Assembly: GCA_050084985.1 (NCBI GenBank) | Contig: JBITNC010000001.1 | Location: 18,538,001-18,602,000 of the forward strand | Direction: 5' to 3' | Length of the DNA stretch: 64,000 nucleotides | Source: Nageia nagi | Taxonomy: Eukaryota > Plantae > Pinophyta | Part shown: piece by piece, positions 1 through 13,688 of the stretch | How positions within the stretch are numbered: the stretch's first letter is position 1 | How the letters are laid out: the number at the start of each line of letters is the position of its first letter | Translations under genes and position numbers: made by a program | Notes under the pieces: generated by a model | What the model saw: the letters and a program-made list of their open reading frames with translations, nothing else | Told to the model about the DNA's origin: nothing | Databases searched by the model: none

Positions 1-299
1 AAAAGAAGGTGAAACAGAGGAGGACACTCCCCTTGTAATACAGTCACTGAGTGTCATTAAACCAGTGATCACAAGATCAGCAAGCACAACACCACATACC
101 CTAAGACAGAAGAGGAGAAAGAGATCTAATTCCAAGATGAGGCTGTAGAAGAGAAGGATCGAAGCACCTCAGGCAGAGAAGACCGCAACAATAAAGAAGA
201 TGGGAGGGCCATGCCCTCAAAGAATAAGTAATTCAGTTTTTAGTAGTATTCGACTTGGATAGGAATCTTAGTTGCATTTTGTATTAGGAGCGGCTGAGA

Positions 300-1129
300 A
301 TAAATTAGTAGGTAGCAAGATCAAATATGTTTTGGTCGTAACTAGACTGCCTCCAAGTTATAGCTAGGCAGTAATAGGAAGGCTCTATATGAGCATTTTT
401 GGATGAGCCTAAAAAGAAAATCATTGTGACAGGATTTGGGATCCTCATAAAACCCGCGTTGCTTTTTGATAATATATTTACCCTATTATAAAAAATGAAA
501 AAAAAAGATCGAGATTGAGAACTGATGGAAGATAGTTGTGCATCTAGACAAATCGCCCAGTTTGTTTGGGGAGATTTGCTTAGATTGGGCGCACGGAAGA
601 GGATTGGTATGGAAATGGGTGTTTGGTTTGAGCACGAATCTAGGTTCGAAGGTGGCTTTGCATTCGGAGGTGGTCTTGGTTTGTTACAAGATCTGCAGGG
701 AGGTGAAGATCGATTCAGTTTCAAAGAATGATACCTATCTCTAGTCTACAGTTGGTTGGATGCTATGAGCATAGAAGGTAGTGTCAAAAATGGAGGCTTG
801 GAAATCCTTCTCCAGAAGATGTACCCCTCTTTGGAGATTGAGATCTATCTTCGAGGAGGATAATCTGCTAAGAGCTTTTTTTTTGAATGTTTTATTTTGT
901 CATGTTTTGCACCTCAAATATGTTGTACTTGTTGAGTATTGTTTAGAGCTTCAATGCAAAATTGTAAAAGGTAGATGGGACCCTTTCAAAACCCACTTAT
1001 TTGTCCTAATGTGCACCCCTCCCCTTGTGGTGATGTGTCTCCACGCTTGGCACTCTATTGTTAAATTGCAAAAGATTGGGGAGCCTTTCAAAACCCACTT
1101 TTCTACTCAAATTTGAAAAAAAAAAAAAA
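300..1129 (+). mobile_element. Probable 3' end of a decayed non-LTR (LINE-like) element
   Basis: Decayed coding-like sequence, then a repeated 3'-UTR motif (ctttcaaaacccactt x2) and a poly(A) tract at 1116-1129. No diagnostic domain could be read. Confidence 0.35.
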
Positions 1130-2375
1130 CAATAGGTTTGTCTAATCACTATCAAGATTTTTTAACATTCCCCATGCATTCAAGATAGGCACAAACCTTC
1201 CCAACCATTTGAACCCTTACAAGACCCTTTTTTTTTGCAAGATTAGTTTTGCATTAAATTCCTTGGTTCACAAGCAATCAAAGGCAAAAAGAGGCACAAA
1301 GAAAAGTCAAAGTTGAATCTCCATGTAATTTATTACAAGCATTTGTGACAAATTGGAGAACATTTTACACCAAAATGACAAATTCTAAGCCGAACCGAAA
1401 CAAGAAAACAAATTCAAAACATGTGAAACAACCCCTGCAACTTTCACCACATCAAAATACCCCTAAAACATGACAGACCACAATCATCTTTCAAGCATAC
1501 AAGACCAACCTCGATCTTGTTTCTGCAAGATATTCATTCCCAAAAAGTGACAACAGGTATTGATTCCAATTTCTAACGTTTTTATGGCCTCGATTCTTCC
1601 AATTCTGGTATTTCATGCATGTTTCTTCTTTCATTTCAAATTTGGTTTTTGTTATTAATCTACAAGGAGAAGGTTGATCTTAATGCCTAAAATATCTAAG
1701 ACAAGCTTCAATCCCCCCAAAACCATTAAGTTTTTGGATACATTTTGAGAAGGCTTTGGTTGCAACTCAAAAGGGTTAGATTCTTCAATAACATTGCACA
1801 AGTATCTCATTTCATCTTTTATTTGCCTCATGCTAGATCTAGGACTGCTATGTTTATTTCTTACTTGTTATCTTAGATCTCTTGTGTACCCTAGTCATCA
1901 TATTGTACTTGAATTGCCATTTCTTTCTTTGTCAATTTCTATTTTCATTCCGTAGGCAAAAATGTTATTTATAACTGCAATTATCTTTTTATTTGGCAAC
2001 AACTACTATATAGTATATTGCATATATACGTCCAAAGTTTGGGATGCAAAAACTATACAAATATCTACAACTCATCCCTTTAGCTTCTCATTTGCCTATA
2101 CGTTAAAACGATGCAAAGGAAAGAGAAAAGAGCATACAATAAATATGGAACCACAAAGAAACAAGTCTTGGGGAAGCCATATTTACAACCAGGTTCAGGG
2201 TTCAAGATTGTCAAACAAGTATTTGGATTTTCACCAAAATTTTCTTGCTTTTAGCTCCGAAAACCAAAGTAATATGGCATCATCCAAGTTTTTGACACCA
2301 TCTTCATTGTTTACCCTTAAATGAGGAAGTTCAACAATTTCAAAAAATGAAGGTATCAATTCCTATGGTTAAAAG

Positions 2376-3918
2376 CTATGTTATTGGGTTCACCCATGCA
2401 AGGCCCCAGTTTCGGTCCAGTTCGCATCAGATACGGCTATGGTGCTGCATTTTGTCCCCCGGTTCGCCCAAGTGAACCCAAATGAACCCAGGTGTACCTG
2501 GGTGAACCAGGAGAGAACCTGCAGGGGAACGGGCTCAGTTTTCAAAAAAATAATATTTTTCACTTTTTTTGACTTGGACTTTGACTAACTAAAGTTGTAA
2601 ACCCTAAAAGTTACTTTTATAGCTCATGAAACCCATAAACTACTTTATTCTTGTTCATTTTTTTTGCAAACAAAGAAATTGAGCATTGGTTTTTATTCCA
2701 AGAGGCTGAGCATTGGGTTTCTCTTGTTCCATCAACAAAAGGAGTTGAAGGGTGATTGTTGAAGCCTCTACAAAGATTGTATTGCCATTCCTACTCATTT
2801 GAAAGTGTTCATTGCCTGCCAAGAAAGTCTCATTGTTTGAGATTGTCAATAAGAAAGAATCTCACTGTTGTAGTATTTGCAAGTGTTCATTGTCTTTGCA
2901 TTGTCTCCAAAATACTACAACATTGAGATTCTTTCTCATCCAGAAAGAATTCCCCCATATAGAGATTTTGAACTGTTTGAAGGGTACAAGGTAGCATTTG
3001 TTAGACTATTCCTTGAAATTGAACTGCATGATATAGTCACAAATGAGTTCAATGATTTTGTGCACTTGAATGATCAAAGTATTAAGGCTCTTTCTGATAA
3101 ATTCAAAAAAGATGCACATAGTTGGTGGTACTTTCATGGCCAATACTGTCGAAATCTGCAATCCCTCGCAATCAAAGTTTTATCACAAGTTAATAAATTT
3201 TTATTTTTTAGTTTTTGAAGTTTAATTTATAGTTTTTAACTTTTTATTTATTTTTATAATGTATAACTTTAATTGTTTATTTTGTCTATATAGGTTGCTA
3301 GTTCATCTCGGAGAGGAATTGGAGAACTTAGTACATGTGCATTCAAAAAATTGCACTCAAAAAAAGTGAACTTAGTATATGTGCATTCCAACTTGCATAT
3401 CCTTTCACACAAACAAAATGACTACAAGCAAGGGGAGACGAAGTTGTGGGATATGGAGCCGAAGCATACTAACTTGGATGCATCCAGTTCCCGCCATTTT
3501 GGATTTGATGACTTGGATAGCCAAGATGAACACACTATTAGTGCAAGTGATAGTGGCACTGCTTGTGGTTCATCTAATATTCCTACATCATCTAATGTCA
3601 ATGATGATGATGATGTTGCTGATTTAGATCCATTTGATGATTAAATTAATTGTTGAACTTGATATTATTATTTTGATATTGAACTCGAAGTTTGAACGAT
3701 GAATATTTAATATGCATCATGCATGTTTTATATGCCATTCAAGTTTATGGTGGTTTTGTTGTTTATATGATGCTATCTAATACTCTAATCTTAATTTTAT
3801 GCTTCTAGGCTGCATACGTATGATTTTTACATGTTTGTTATATGGACGAACCCAAACCCCAAAAAAAAATTTTGCCGAATCCTCAAACCAAACCGAAGTA
3901 CCCGAACTGGCTACTTTA
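2376..3918 (+). mobile_element. Internally deleted hAT DNA transposon in DHFS intron 7
   Basis: hAT dimerisation-domain remnant WWYFHG..LQSLAIKVLSQ|VASSS..ERNW with an intron at about 3189-3293. GAAC-rich subterminal repeats, degenerate TIRs, and an 8-bp TSD GTTAAAAG (2368-2375) / GTCAAAAG (3919-3926). Confidence 0.85.
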
Positions 3919-4771
3919 GTCAAAAGTACAGGTTACCCCTTTGCATAACTAGACTTTCACCGATAGGTATAATTGTTTGCAAATTTCAGAAAATAAAGGT
4001 ATGAACACCTATGGTCAAAAGTATACGTTACCCCTTGGTATAACTAGACTGTCAACAATAGAAATAATTGTATCCTTCAGTATTTCAATACTAATTGTAA
4101 CGTTACTGTACCAAAATACTTGTTGGGCTTTGATGTATCATGCAAACAGACTTGGGAGTTAACTGCACAAAAGATGGCAACAGAGTTATCAATCCAGTGC
4201 AAATATGTGAGAAGGTTGCACTTAAACATAATCGATGTAATGTTTCCATGAGAAAATCTTCTTAATTCTAGCTGATATGGATACTAACTTGTAGTATCTA
4301 GTTGAGGCCTGGCAAAAATAATATTGAACTCAAAAAATATGGCATAATCAATATGTAATAAAAAGGTTACAAATGTCAGACACACAGTTCTCTATTTCTT
4401 ACCATTATCAGCATGTCTCAGAAAAAAAAAACTCTTGGCCGTAAATTATATCAGCAATTTAGAACTCCATTATCTCCTAATAAAAATTGGAAATTCTACT
4501 TGGTGTTCGTCATGATAGAATTTAGCTTCTGTTCAATGAATTAGGAATCTAATAGGTAATCTGAATTGGATTCAAATTGAAAGATCCACTAGATGATTTC
4601 ATAAAATTTGAACATACTTCTATGCGTCAACAACAGATATGAAATAGAAGAAGTTGAAAGCACTAATGGTTTTAATATATAAGCCGGTTAAGACACTGCT
4701 AGATATTTATAAATGCTGATTCGCCAGAATGTAACAATTCAGAAATTTGATGGATACACCAAAAATATTAC

Positions 4772-4871
4772 CTTGGCTACGAAGACAAAGAGCAACGCAT
4801 ACTGCTGTAACTGCATTATGCAGTTGGTGGTGTCCAATCATGTGAAGCCTCACATCAAATAATTCAACTGT
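4772..4871 (-). CDS. DHFS: DHFS exon 7 (the gene continues left of the window)
   Basis: [34 protein letters not shown] with a GTAATA donor. No C-terminal exons (LDGAHT motif) were seen in 1-4771. Confidence 0.92.
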
Positions 4872-5110
4872 CTACAAAAAAAAAGTTTTGAATTGATGAG
4901 TGAGAAGAAAATTTGCTAAATGACTCAATCCTATCACACTTCTAAAAAGAGTATAATCTGTATCTTACGGAAGGAAATATGGAGGAGTTGAATGACTAAG
5001 TACTAACATCTATAAGATTCAACATCTGTTGAAAACATTGCAACCCATAAAATGATGCTAACATAGTGGTTTTGCATACAGTAGAAAAAAATGATCATAT
5101 GGTTCCATAC

Positions 5111-5305
5111 CATTTGGGGATCATTTTCATCAAGCTTGACCAAGATGTTTACATATTGATGTGGTTGACTATTTCTGGAATCTAATTGAGTAATTGTGCT
5201 ATGCATCCCAGGACCAAATGATGATATTACTGGTGCATTCATTGATGCTGCCCTCTGGCGAAGAATGTGCTCAATTTGCGGCTCAAATGGACCACCAAGC
5301 ACTAC
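5111..5305 (-). CDS. DHFS: DHFS exon 6
   Basis: VVLGGPFEPQIEHILRQRAASMNAPV...DENDPQM. 195 nt, AG/GT borders. Confidence 0.92.
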
Positions 5306-5551
5306 CTAGAAGCATCAAATAGCCCTTTCCAGTTATAACGTTCAATTTACCTAACTTCAACTCGAACATTTCAACTCATCACAATTAGGAAATCAGTGTA
5401 TACACTTCACCTAACACACTCATTGAGAAAGAAAGTGGCAATGTACTTGTTCACAAAGGAAAGTTATAGAAAATCATAAATATATAAGCATATGACAGTA
5501 TTGATTGTAAATTTGTTCTCAATAATGACATAAAGCTAGTAAACACAGAAC

Positions 5552-5713
5552 TGGGCGTCCTTGTTTGATGATGCCTGACTTTGCATTTGCAATGTTCTCT
5601 ATAGAACCTCCTAAGGCATCCATATGTTCCTTCCCAATTGTAGTGATAACCGACATAGCAAGGCCCTCCCTGTGTATGATATTGGTGGCATCACGTGCTC
5701 CACCTAGACCAGC
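5552..5713 (-). CDS. DHFS: DHFS exon 5
   Basis: [11 protein letters not shown]...[32 protein letters not shown] FolC signature. 162 nt. Confidence 0.95.
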
Positions 5714-5728
5714 CTGTTAAACAAAAAT

Positions 5729-5852
5729 TGCATGTTAGTGAAGTTCTGTCTTTTCATGCTAGAAGATTGGATTTACCATGAAATCCTACAAAAAAATGCA
5801 TGTTAGTGAAGTTCTGTCTTTTCATACTCGAAGATTGGATTTACCATGAAAT
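5729..5852. repeat. Tandem duplication (68-bp period) in DHFS intron 4
   Basis: Two near-identical copies of tgcatgttagtgaagttctgtcttttcat...ccatgaaat at 5729 and 5797. Confidence 0.9.
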
Positions 5853-7095
5853 TAGATATATTATGTATGTGAAAACAGGTGCAATCCATAAACAATCGAA
5901 CTGCAGTAAAAACAGCAAACACAGCTTGATAGTTGCTTCTTATTCAAAAATAATCACATATGAAATCTTCTAGATTGTATTTTTTATTGTTATAAAACTT
6001 TAAAAGGTTGGTTCAAATATTTTTGCAGAAGAAAAGCCAACAAACAACAGAATTATTAACATACATTCTTGCTGAAATGGGGCAGAGATACATTTATACA
6101 GTTCAATTATGCAATGATTTCTGAATCCAAGAACATGTTTTCCATAGGACAAATAATTTCTGAATAATGGGAATTGTCCCTAAAACAGCATTATCACTTC
6201 AATAGCATTCGATCAGCTAGCATTATAATTGAAAATCATCTATTTTTGCAATTCAAACACGAGTACTATATCCAGCCGAGCATTCACAACATCTGAAACA
6301 CAGGGCAACTTTCTAAAAGAAAAGATGATGCTAAAAGCTAAACCACTTTTGTCAACCATAAAAATTGAATTAACAAAATGAAGAGAGCAAGTAAAAGTAA
6401 AATCACACCAGTGACCAACACAATATGGTAGAAAAGAATTGATAATTCTTAAAAATATCATAGAAAAAAATTGATAATTCTTTAATCACAATCATATTTC
6501 TAAAAATGGACAAATGAAAAAACAAGGTCAGTCACAGCAGTAACTGAAACACCTATGGCAGGGAGATAGTGTTATGCACAAAATCTATATCATGAACATA
6601 TGTATAATCTAGAAGCCTGCAGGCTTTTACGAGATTTATAATAATAAAATCCAACATTCCAAACGTGTGAGACTACAGAAGTCAACATAAGAAATTCCAT
6701 GCACAATAATCACTTGCAGAAGTCAACATAAGAAATTAAGCCTAAATTTGGATATAAGATATTTTTCACCAATAAGTGATATGTCAGAAGTAAGTTGCAG
6801 ACATAACAACTCAAAAGATATAAGTAGTTATTAATGCATTTATGATTTTTACTTACAGAGTAAACGTACAGCACAAGAAATACAGCACCACTAGTTTTGT
6901 CATAAAAGTTTTGTGAACTCAAAACATAGACAGCCCTCCTAAAAGGAGATACTTTGAACTGAATCAAAACATACAAAAGCTTTATACGAGAAGACACAAG
7001 ATTAGAATGGCTGAGCATAAATGACTGGAAAATATGATCCAGTATTAATTTGTTAGCTTTAGTAAATTAAAAAGCATGCAAGTATATAATTTTAC

Positions 7096-7158
7096 CTCTA
7101 CTACTGCAATATCAACTCCCTGCTGAGCAAAGTACTTAAAAGCCAATGCTGTCAGAAT
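7096..7158 (-). CDS. DHFS: DHFS exon 4
   Basis: ILTALAFKYFAQQGVDIAVVE. 63 nt, AG/GT borders. Confidence 0.93.
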
Positions 7159-8105
7159 CTACGTCACAAAGAACATGAGTCACAACAATTGAATTCGAGA
7201 AAAAAATATAGGGCAGCAAAAACAGCTACAGCGTGAAAAAATATTGGAGAAGTTGACAACAAATGGTTAAAACCCTTAATGCTACAATTGATTTCCAATT
7301 AAACAGAATGTCACAGCATGGAAAGGCACATTTTACAAACTATAGAAACAGGAATTGCAGTATCTTTGACATGAAGTATTGTTTGCATATCATGACCCTT
7401 ATTGGCACAAATATAGCAAGATTGAACATTTAGGGAAATCATTTTCCAAAAAAGAGCGAGCAGGTGGTTCGAGAAATACAAGTATTTCATTTTGGGAAAA
7501 TGGTGCTTGCTGCAGGAATTCAGACAACATTACAATCTGCTCAGCCAACATTATCATCTGCTCAGACGATTAGCCCTTTTAAGGGTTTAGATGAGGTAGA
7601 TAGTTATTTCATGTGCCTCAGTTTGAATTTGTTTTCTTTTTTGTCTGTGATGGAGAGGATTATCATAAATGGACCTAGGGATTCAAAAGCATTTAGATCA
7701 TAATATGAAATATATTATTGTAAGTTTATAAGATTCACTTACATGAATAATAATAAGGTTCTATTCAAGATGTCATTAAATGTATGGAGCTTAATTAGGT
7801 ACAACGGCCAACTATAGATCATTAGCCTAAGAGCTGCTGGTGCATAAATATGTTATTCAAGCTCAATAGAGGTACATCATTCTCTCACCTCTATTTTAAA
7901 TGTTGTCTCGTCACTCTCTCCTACTTCATTTGAATGCACAATTCCTACAGTCTAGAACTAGAGGAAACAAGTGATATAAACAATATATTGGTGTAAGATG
8001 TGCGATGCACTGAACAAGTAGAACCAGAAAACATGTGTCTTGACTCTTAACTTTACATACAGCCCGGCAAAATATCTTAAAAATGTTGTAGTCCATTGTA
8101 CATAC

Positions 8106-8256
8106 CTCAAAGTGTGTTAGAGATAAGTGTTCCTTATGTAATGCATTATTCAAAATATCCCGAACATCTTGAAATATGTTTTGGAGATCCTCCACAGATA
8201 TAATTCCACCCTTTTTGCCACAGATTATGCGTTCTCGAATGGTTTGAAGATGTGGA
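8106..8256 (-). CDS. DHFS: DHFS exon 3
   Basis: SPHLQTIRERI...LTHFE FolC motifs. AG/GT borders, 151 nt. Confidence 0.93.
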
Positions 8257-9299
8257 CTGCAGTTACAATTCATCAAAGATATTCATTTCATAGCCCTTTT
8301 AGGGTAATAAGAGAATAAGTACAACTTTTCCACAATCCTTTGGTGATCCCATCACCATAGTTATTTGTTCACCAACTAATCTCAGGAACAGAATTAGCAT
8401 TCCCTCATCAAATTGCATTGTGGGAATAGTAGCACAATAATTAAGAGAAGTCGTCATACAAAAAAGTCCGTATGTTTGGCATTCAAAACATGGTAAATTA
8501 TTTCAATAACATTTTACTTTTGAGCAGCAGCATCTAAAAATCATGTCAAATACAAAAAGGATATAAATACCCAACCAATTTAAGAAGTGATTATCATAAT
8601 CAAAAGAAGAATTGAAGAAAACAAAATTATCACAGGCAAGTAGATAGGAACGCAAATAATATATTGCATGCAATAAAGGGATGCTACAGGAGAGTTGAAG
8701 CAGACACAACCTGAGGAGAAGATACCTTGGTTTTTTCTGAACCCTTGACCTGCATAGGCAAAGAAAATGGAGTATACAAGTTCACCATGTGATGAAAAAG
8801 ACGAGGATCTAAGCTTATGTCACAAGGAGAGAAGGAAGGACAAGAAAGTTTCAGCAGCCATCCCTGTTCAAGATAAGTTTGAAAAACGTTTCTTCACATT
8901 CTGAACAATAAATTTTGAAAATCTCTGGGAAAAGGTTGAAGAAAGTTATGGATTGTTTTTTCCTTGAAACATGCAATCTTCCAAACCCTAGATCAATGTT
9001 CTCTTCACTACATTCCAAATTTTGAGAAACTGGAAGGGATGGAAACTCAGTCTCACATTTATGTCTTGCAAAATAAGTCTGCTAGTTAAAAGCCCTCTGG
9101 TATCTACACCAGCTAACTGTTTACCAATCAGTAGAAGAAAAGCATAAATTTTGAATTGTATTTTACTGGTTTTTGCAAAGAGAAATATTCTGCATGTAGA
9201 AAACCACAGAACAATCCATCTGATATGAAAAATAAAGCCATTATACTTGATGTCCAAACTTGCACTTTAAAAAGAGTGGTCTACAATTTGTTTCTGCTG

Positions 9300-10775
9300 T
9301 GTAAAAATTACAAGTATTTATAATCTTGTATTGCCGGATTCATAAAAACACACCAACCAAAACTATAATGTTTATAGCGATAAGATCTTGAATATCTGTC
9401 TGAAGCTAAGAATCAGATGAGTTGATTCGACAGATCCAGTGGAGTACCTCAACATTGACTTCTGGACAAATCTCAAGAACAAAAATCAAGCCTCATAGAA
9501 GATGCTACTGTTGTACTTGAGAAACAAAAAGTTTGCAAGAAAATTACAAGAATGAAACTTGGTGTTTGAGCACCTTCGTAAAGTTACAGATCTAAAAGAT
9601 CAGTTGGCTGCAATACAAAAACCTGTGGTTGATGATGATTTGGTTGCAATTGTGTTGAATAATTTACTTTCTTCTGCATCACTTGTAGAGTCACTGAATT
9701 TGTATTCAGATGCACAGAATGTCATCAGATGGAGATGGGAGAGGACACATCTGGTAATACTGAGAGTGCTTTTCCCACCAAATTCAAAGGCAAAAGGAAA
9801 ATACATCAGTCTGCTGAAAGATAACCAGAAGATAGCGCTTCCAAACCAAGGCTTAAATGCTTTTATTATCATAAATCCATCCACCTGAAGGACTGTCAAA
9901 AGAGGCAATATGATCTGACTCACAGAAATGGAGTCCACAGGCAAGCATACTCTATCAAGTTGGAGGAACACTCTGAAAAAATTGCTTTTGTGACTTCCAC
10001 ATCTGGGTATATGGCTTGGTATTAACATCCAAGCACATCACAGACAAAAGGATTAGTATGTTCTCTTTTCAAGCAGTAAAGGTTCTACATCAGATTGGTG
10101 TTACTTTACATGATGGATTTCAAATATAAGGTTGAAGGTTGTGGAGATGTCAGAATTCATTTTAATAATAGTATCAAATCTGTGTTCCATGAAATGGACA
10201 AAAAATTGATGTTAGTAAAACCACTAGACAGAACCCAAACTTAGATGTGATTTTCCATTCTAATAAGTGTATGGTGAAAGATACACACAGCACATGAGTT
10301 CCTGAATGCACTCTGTTTAGACTCACTGACACAGAAACAGAGGGATTAACGCCTCTGACTGTGCATGTGAATAGCAATACTTTACGGCCTGAGAGGTTTG
10401 GTCACCTCAAATTCCAATATCTGCAACATTGAGGAATAACAACATGACGTATGGATTGCCTACCATACGAGGGTCCCAAAGTATATAGTAAGATGCTCGG
10501 CTGGAAAACAACATAAACAAGCTTTTGAGACTGGGAACGCATGGAAGAGATATGTGTTTCTAGACTTTTGTGGTTTAATGAATACAAACATGTCAGCAGG
10601 ACAAGCAAGGTATTCTGTGCTTCTTATCAATGATTTTACAAGGATAAAGTGGGTTTAATTCGTCAAAAAAAAAAAACAATCTTTGTTTTGCATAGTTTAT
10701 TATATTCAAAAATTTGATTGAAAGTCAGATTGATAGGTACCTTAAAGGGTTGAGATCTGGCAATGGAGAGGAATC
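9300..10775 (+). mobile_element. Decayed Ty1/Copia gag-pol fragment in DHFS intron 2
   Basis: Gag-like LKDQLAAIQKPVVDDDLVAIVLNNL, degenerate zinc knuckle CFYYHKSIHLKDC (~9858), integrase-like GLRSGNGEE (~10747). Many stops and frameshifts. Confidence 0.7.
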
Positions 10776-10778
10776 TAT

Positions 10779-12200
10779 TGTTATGACCTGTTACATGACC
10801 TACGTTGATTATACCTTATGTGATTGGTGATTTCCATTACAGATGGATAGTAGAGCATGTGCACAGGGATTAGTAATTATGAGCAAGAATATCATACATG
10901 TAAATCTCATAATCATCATATCTTCAAAACTCTTATTTTAGTGGTGAAGACTATTATCCTTTGGATTTCTATTGCTCCATATTCTGGATTTGGCAATCTA
11001 AGTTATTCTACAATTAGAATTGATGTCAATTCTATTATTTTTATTGGTCAGTTTGTAACAAGTGGTCTCAAAGTATGTTCCTAGACCTGAGGGCAAAAAA
11101 TGAGATTGTTTTAAGAGGCTCAAGTGAAATGTGAATATCTTTCATCCTTGTAAATTTTTTGACGAAATTTTAAGATTTGTTAGAGAATGAACCAGGCAAG
11201 TTTCAATCCAGACTTCAAGAGAATTTGAGTTTGTCTTGACAAAGTTATAAGCATTATAAGTTTGGCACTAAACTTCCTAAGCCATAGATTAGCAAATTTT
11301 GCAGAAACTTTTGTTGAGCAGCTAGAGAAGCAGGCAAGTACCCTACCATTAAAATTTCAGCTCCTTCTGATCCGTTTCAGGAAGTTATTGCAATTTTAAG
11401 ATTTGGTACAATAGCCTGATCCTAAGCACTAGGTAACCACTTTGCTTCTAAGGCACAAAACAACAAAAGGTTTTGAGATTTTATGTGAGCTGCAATAAAA
11501 TCAGGGTATTAAACTACAGTACAAATTTTACCCTATTTTAATCTATTTTGAAAAAGTTAATGCACATTTAGGGTTTGTCGCTATCATTAACCTATAGGGT
11601 GTATTGCAATGAATTTTTTGTATTGGTTTGCAAACTTGGGAAGCTATTCACGTATTTTATATTTGGGATTTTAAGCTTAATTCCCCTTGAAAACCCTTGG
11701 TCAAAATAGAGGAAAAATTGGTCAAAATAGAGGAAAAATTGCACTAGGTGGAAACTTCTGATTTTGTTGCAAATCTGAATGAGCAGAACATTTGTGATTT
11801 AAAATAAAGGCTCACAAGAAGAAAAGGTATGATGAATCTGAGGGAAAGTCACCTAAGTTCCAAACAGGGAAACTTGATGGTACCTATTCTACTATGTGAA
11901 TATCCGAAATTAAAAAGAAATTCAGATTGCACAATTTATCTAAAAGGAACTGTCTATTTAGCATCAACCTATTTGAGTTTGAATATTTTAAAATGGCTTC
12001 AATGAATGTGAAAGATTAGGAAGAAAGGCACACATCTAGTTCCTCCCAACCACACCCCGGGTTAGAGAGACAAGTATGCATCACCCAAGAGATCCATTGG
12101 CCTTGGATGTTAGGAGGGACTCTAGGAAGGCGCATCCTGGTCCTCCTATATTAATTCCTCAGATATATTGCATATTACTTATGCTGCTATTAGTTGTTAT
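10779..12200 (+). mobile_element. Probable decayed LTR-retroelement remnant
   Basis: TG-starting LTR-like block, degenerate PBS-like tggtctcaaag (~11063) and a 21-bp tandem duplication near 11698-11740. No intact ORF. Confidence 0.35.
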
Positions 12201-13590
12201 TGCAATCTCAAGTATGAAATTGCAAGTGATTTTTCAATTTTTGTCATTGTATTAGATGCATTATAAAAAAGTAACTTTACATATAATTTTATGACTAACC
12301 ATACACATTAGGGTGAAGGAATATGTCAATAGGCCTACTCGGTATGTTAGGAGACAAAAAAGAAAGTTGTCGAAACTCCTGAAATTTAAAATAAAATGCG
12401 GAAGTTGTTTTGTGTATTTCAGCAGTAACAAGGACACATAGAGAATGTTTTCTTGAACATAAAGTAGCAGAGACAAGTGAAAAGTTGCTCCTTAAAACAA
12501 AGAGAGGCAAGTGGAAATATTTAGAATGTTATTTTCATTAATTTTGTTTAAAAATTCTAATTCAAATTAAAATTAAAAGTATAGATGAAAACTACCACAT
12601 TGCAATTTATCATCAAGTATACTCAATTGGAGCATCATTGGCGGCAAATCATTCATTAGGATTCTTCTAAGTTTTATTTTTGGAAGACCTCCTTGTGCTT
12701 AGATGAATTATTTGTTGCATCTACCAAAATAAACATGTTACCATCATCCTAATACACTACGACTACATAAAACTTTACTGCCTCTCATTTTTTTTGCTAT
12801 CCTTTTCTAATACAATGCGTACTCTTCAAGTAGCAGAATATTGAGGCACATCGTATACTGTTGGAAAGTTATTGATCTGTATTCTGAAGCAATGTAAGAT
12901 CTACGTTTTATTGCTTTATATGATGATGATCAATAAAGCTTTTCATCAAATTAAGTCTTCTCGTTAATCATATTGGGCCATGAATTAATCATTTTAAAGA
13001 TTACACTTATCTTTGAATATACTATGACTACTAGGCACATTTTTTTAAAATTTATTACACACTGAAAGTTTCAAAGTCACCCCTTCTCTTCAATCCAAAC
13101 CCAAAAATTGCAAATTACACATTTACAAAACTAATGACGACAATTAAGGTGAAGGAGGCACTCAAAGCATTGGTGATGAAGTGAAGTCACCTTAACCCCA
13201 GTGCAGTCAACCTGCTCAATCAACTAGCCAGTGTAAGAAAGAGGGGAGGCCAACCTAATGACTATGTTGTGAAATTACGAAGTGGTTAAGATTCATTGGA
13301 AGTAAATGAATGAAAATCTAAAACACATACACACTGTCTTGTCCAACCACAATCTTTATTTAAATATGTATATCAATATCACAGTTGAATTTTATGTTTG
13401 TGCACAAAATAGCCCATTTCATAATACCTAGTCTATATAAATACCTAACTACAAAACAGATTTGAAAATAACCAAAAAATAATCAGGTGCAGTGTCATTC
13501 AAACATATCCCCAACACTAATAACAACAATATTGGTTTGCACATTTACAAATGACATAAACATATATAGTTATAATGCATTTGTACACAC

Positions 13591-13688
13591 CTTGTATAAA
13601 TGCCGATCGAGTAACCTTCTTTGCCTAAAATATTACCAATAAATGCACTTGTGGATCCTTTTCCCTTGGTACCTGCAATATGGATAAC
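13591..13688 (-). CDS. DHFS: DHFS exon 2 (P-loop)
   Basis: [32 protein letters not shown] contains the FolC P-loop. AG/GT borders, 98 nt, phase consistent with exon 3. Confidence 0.95.
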
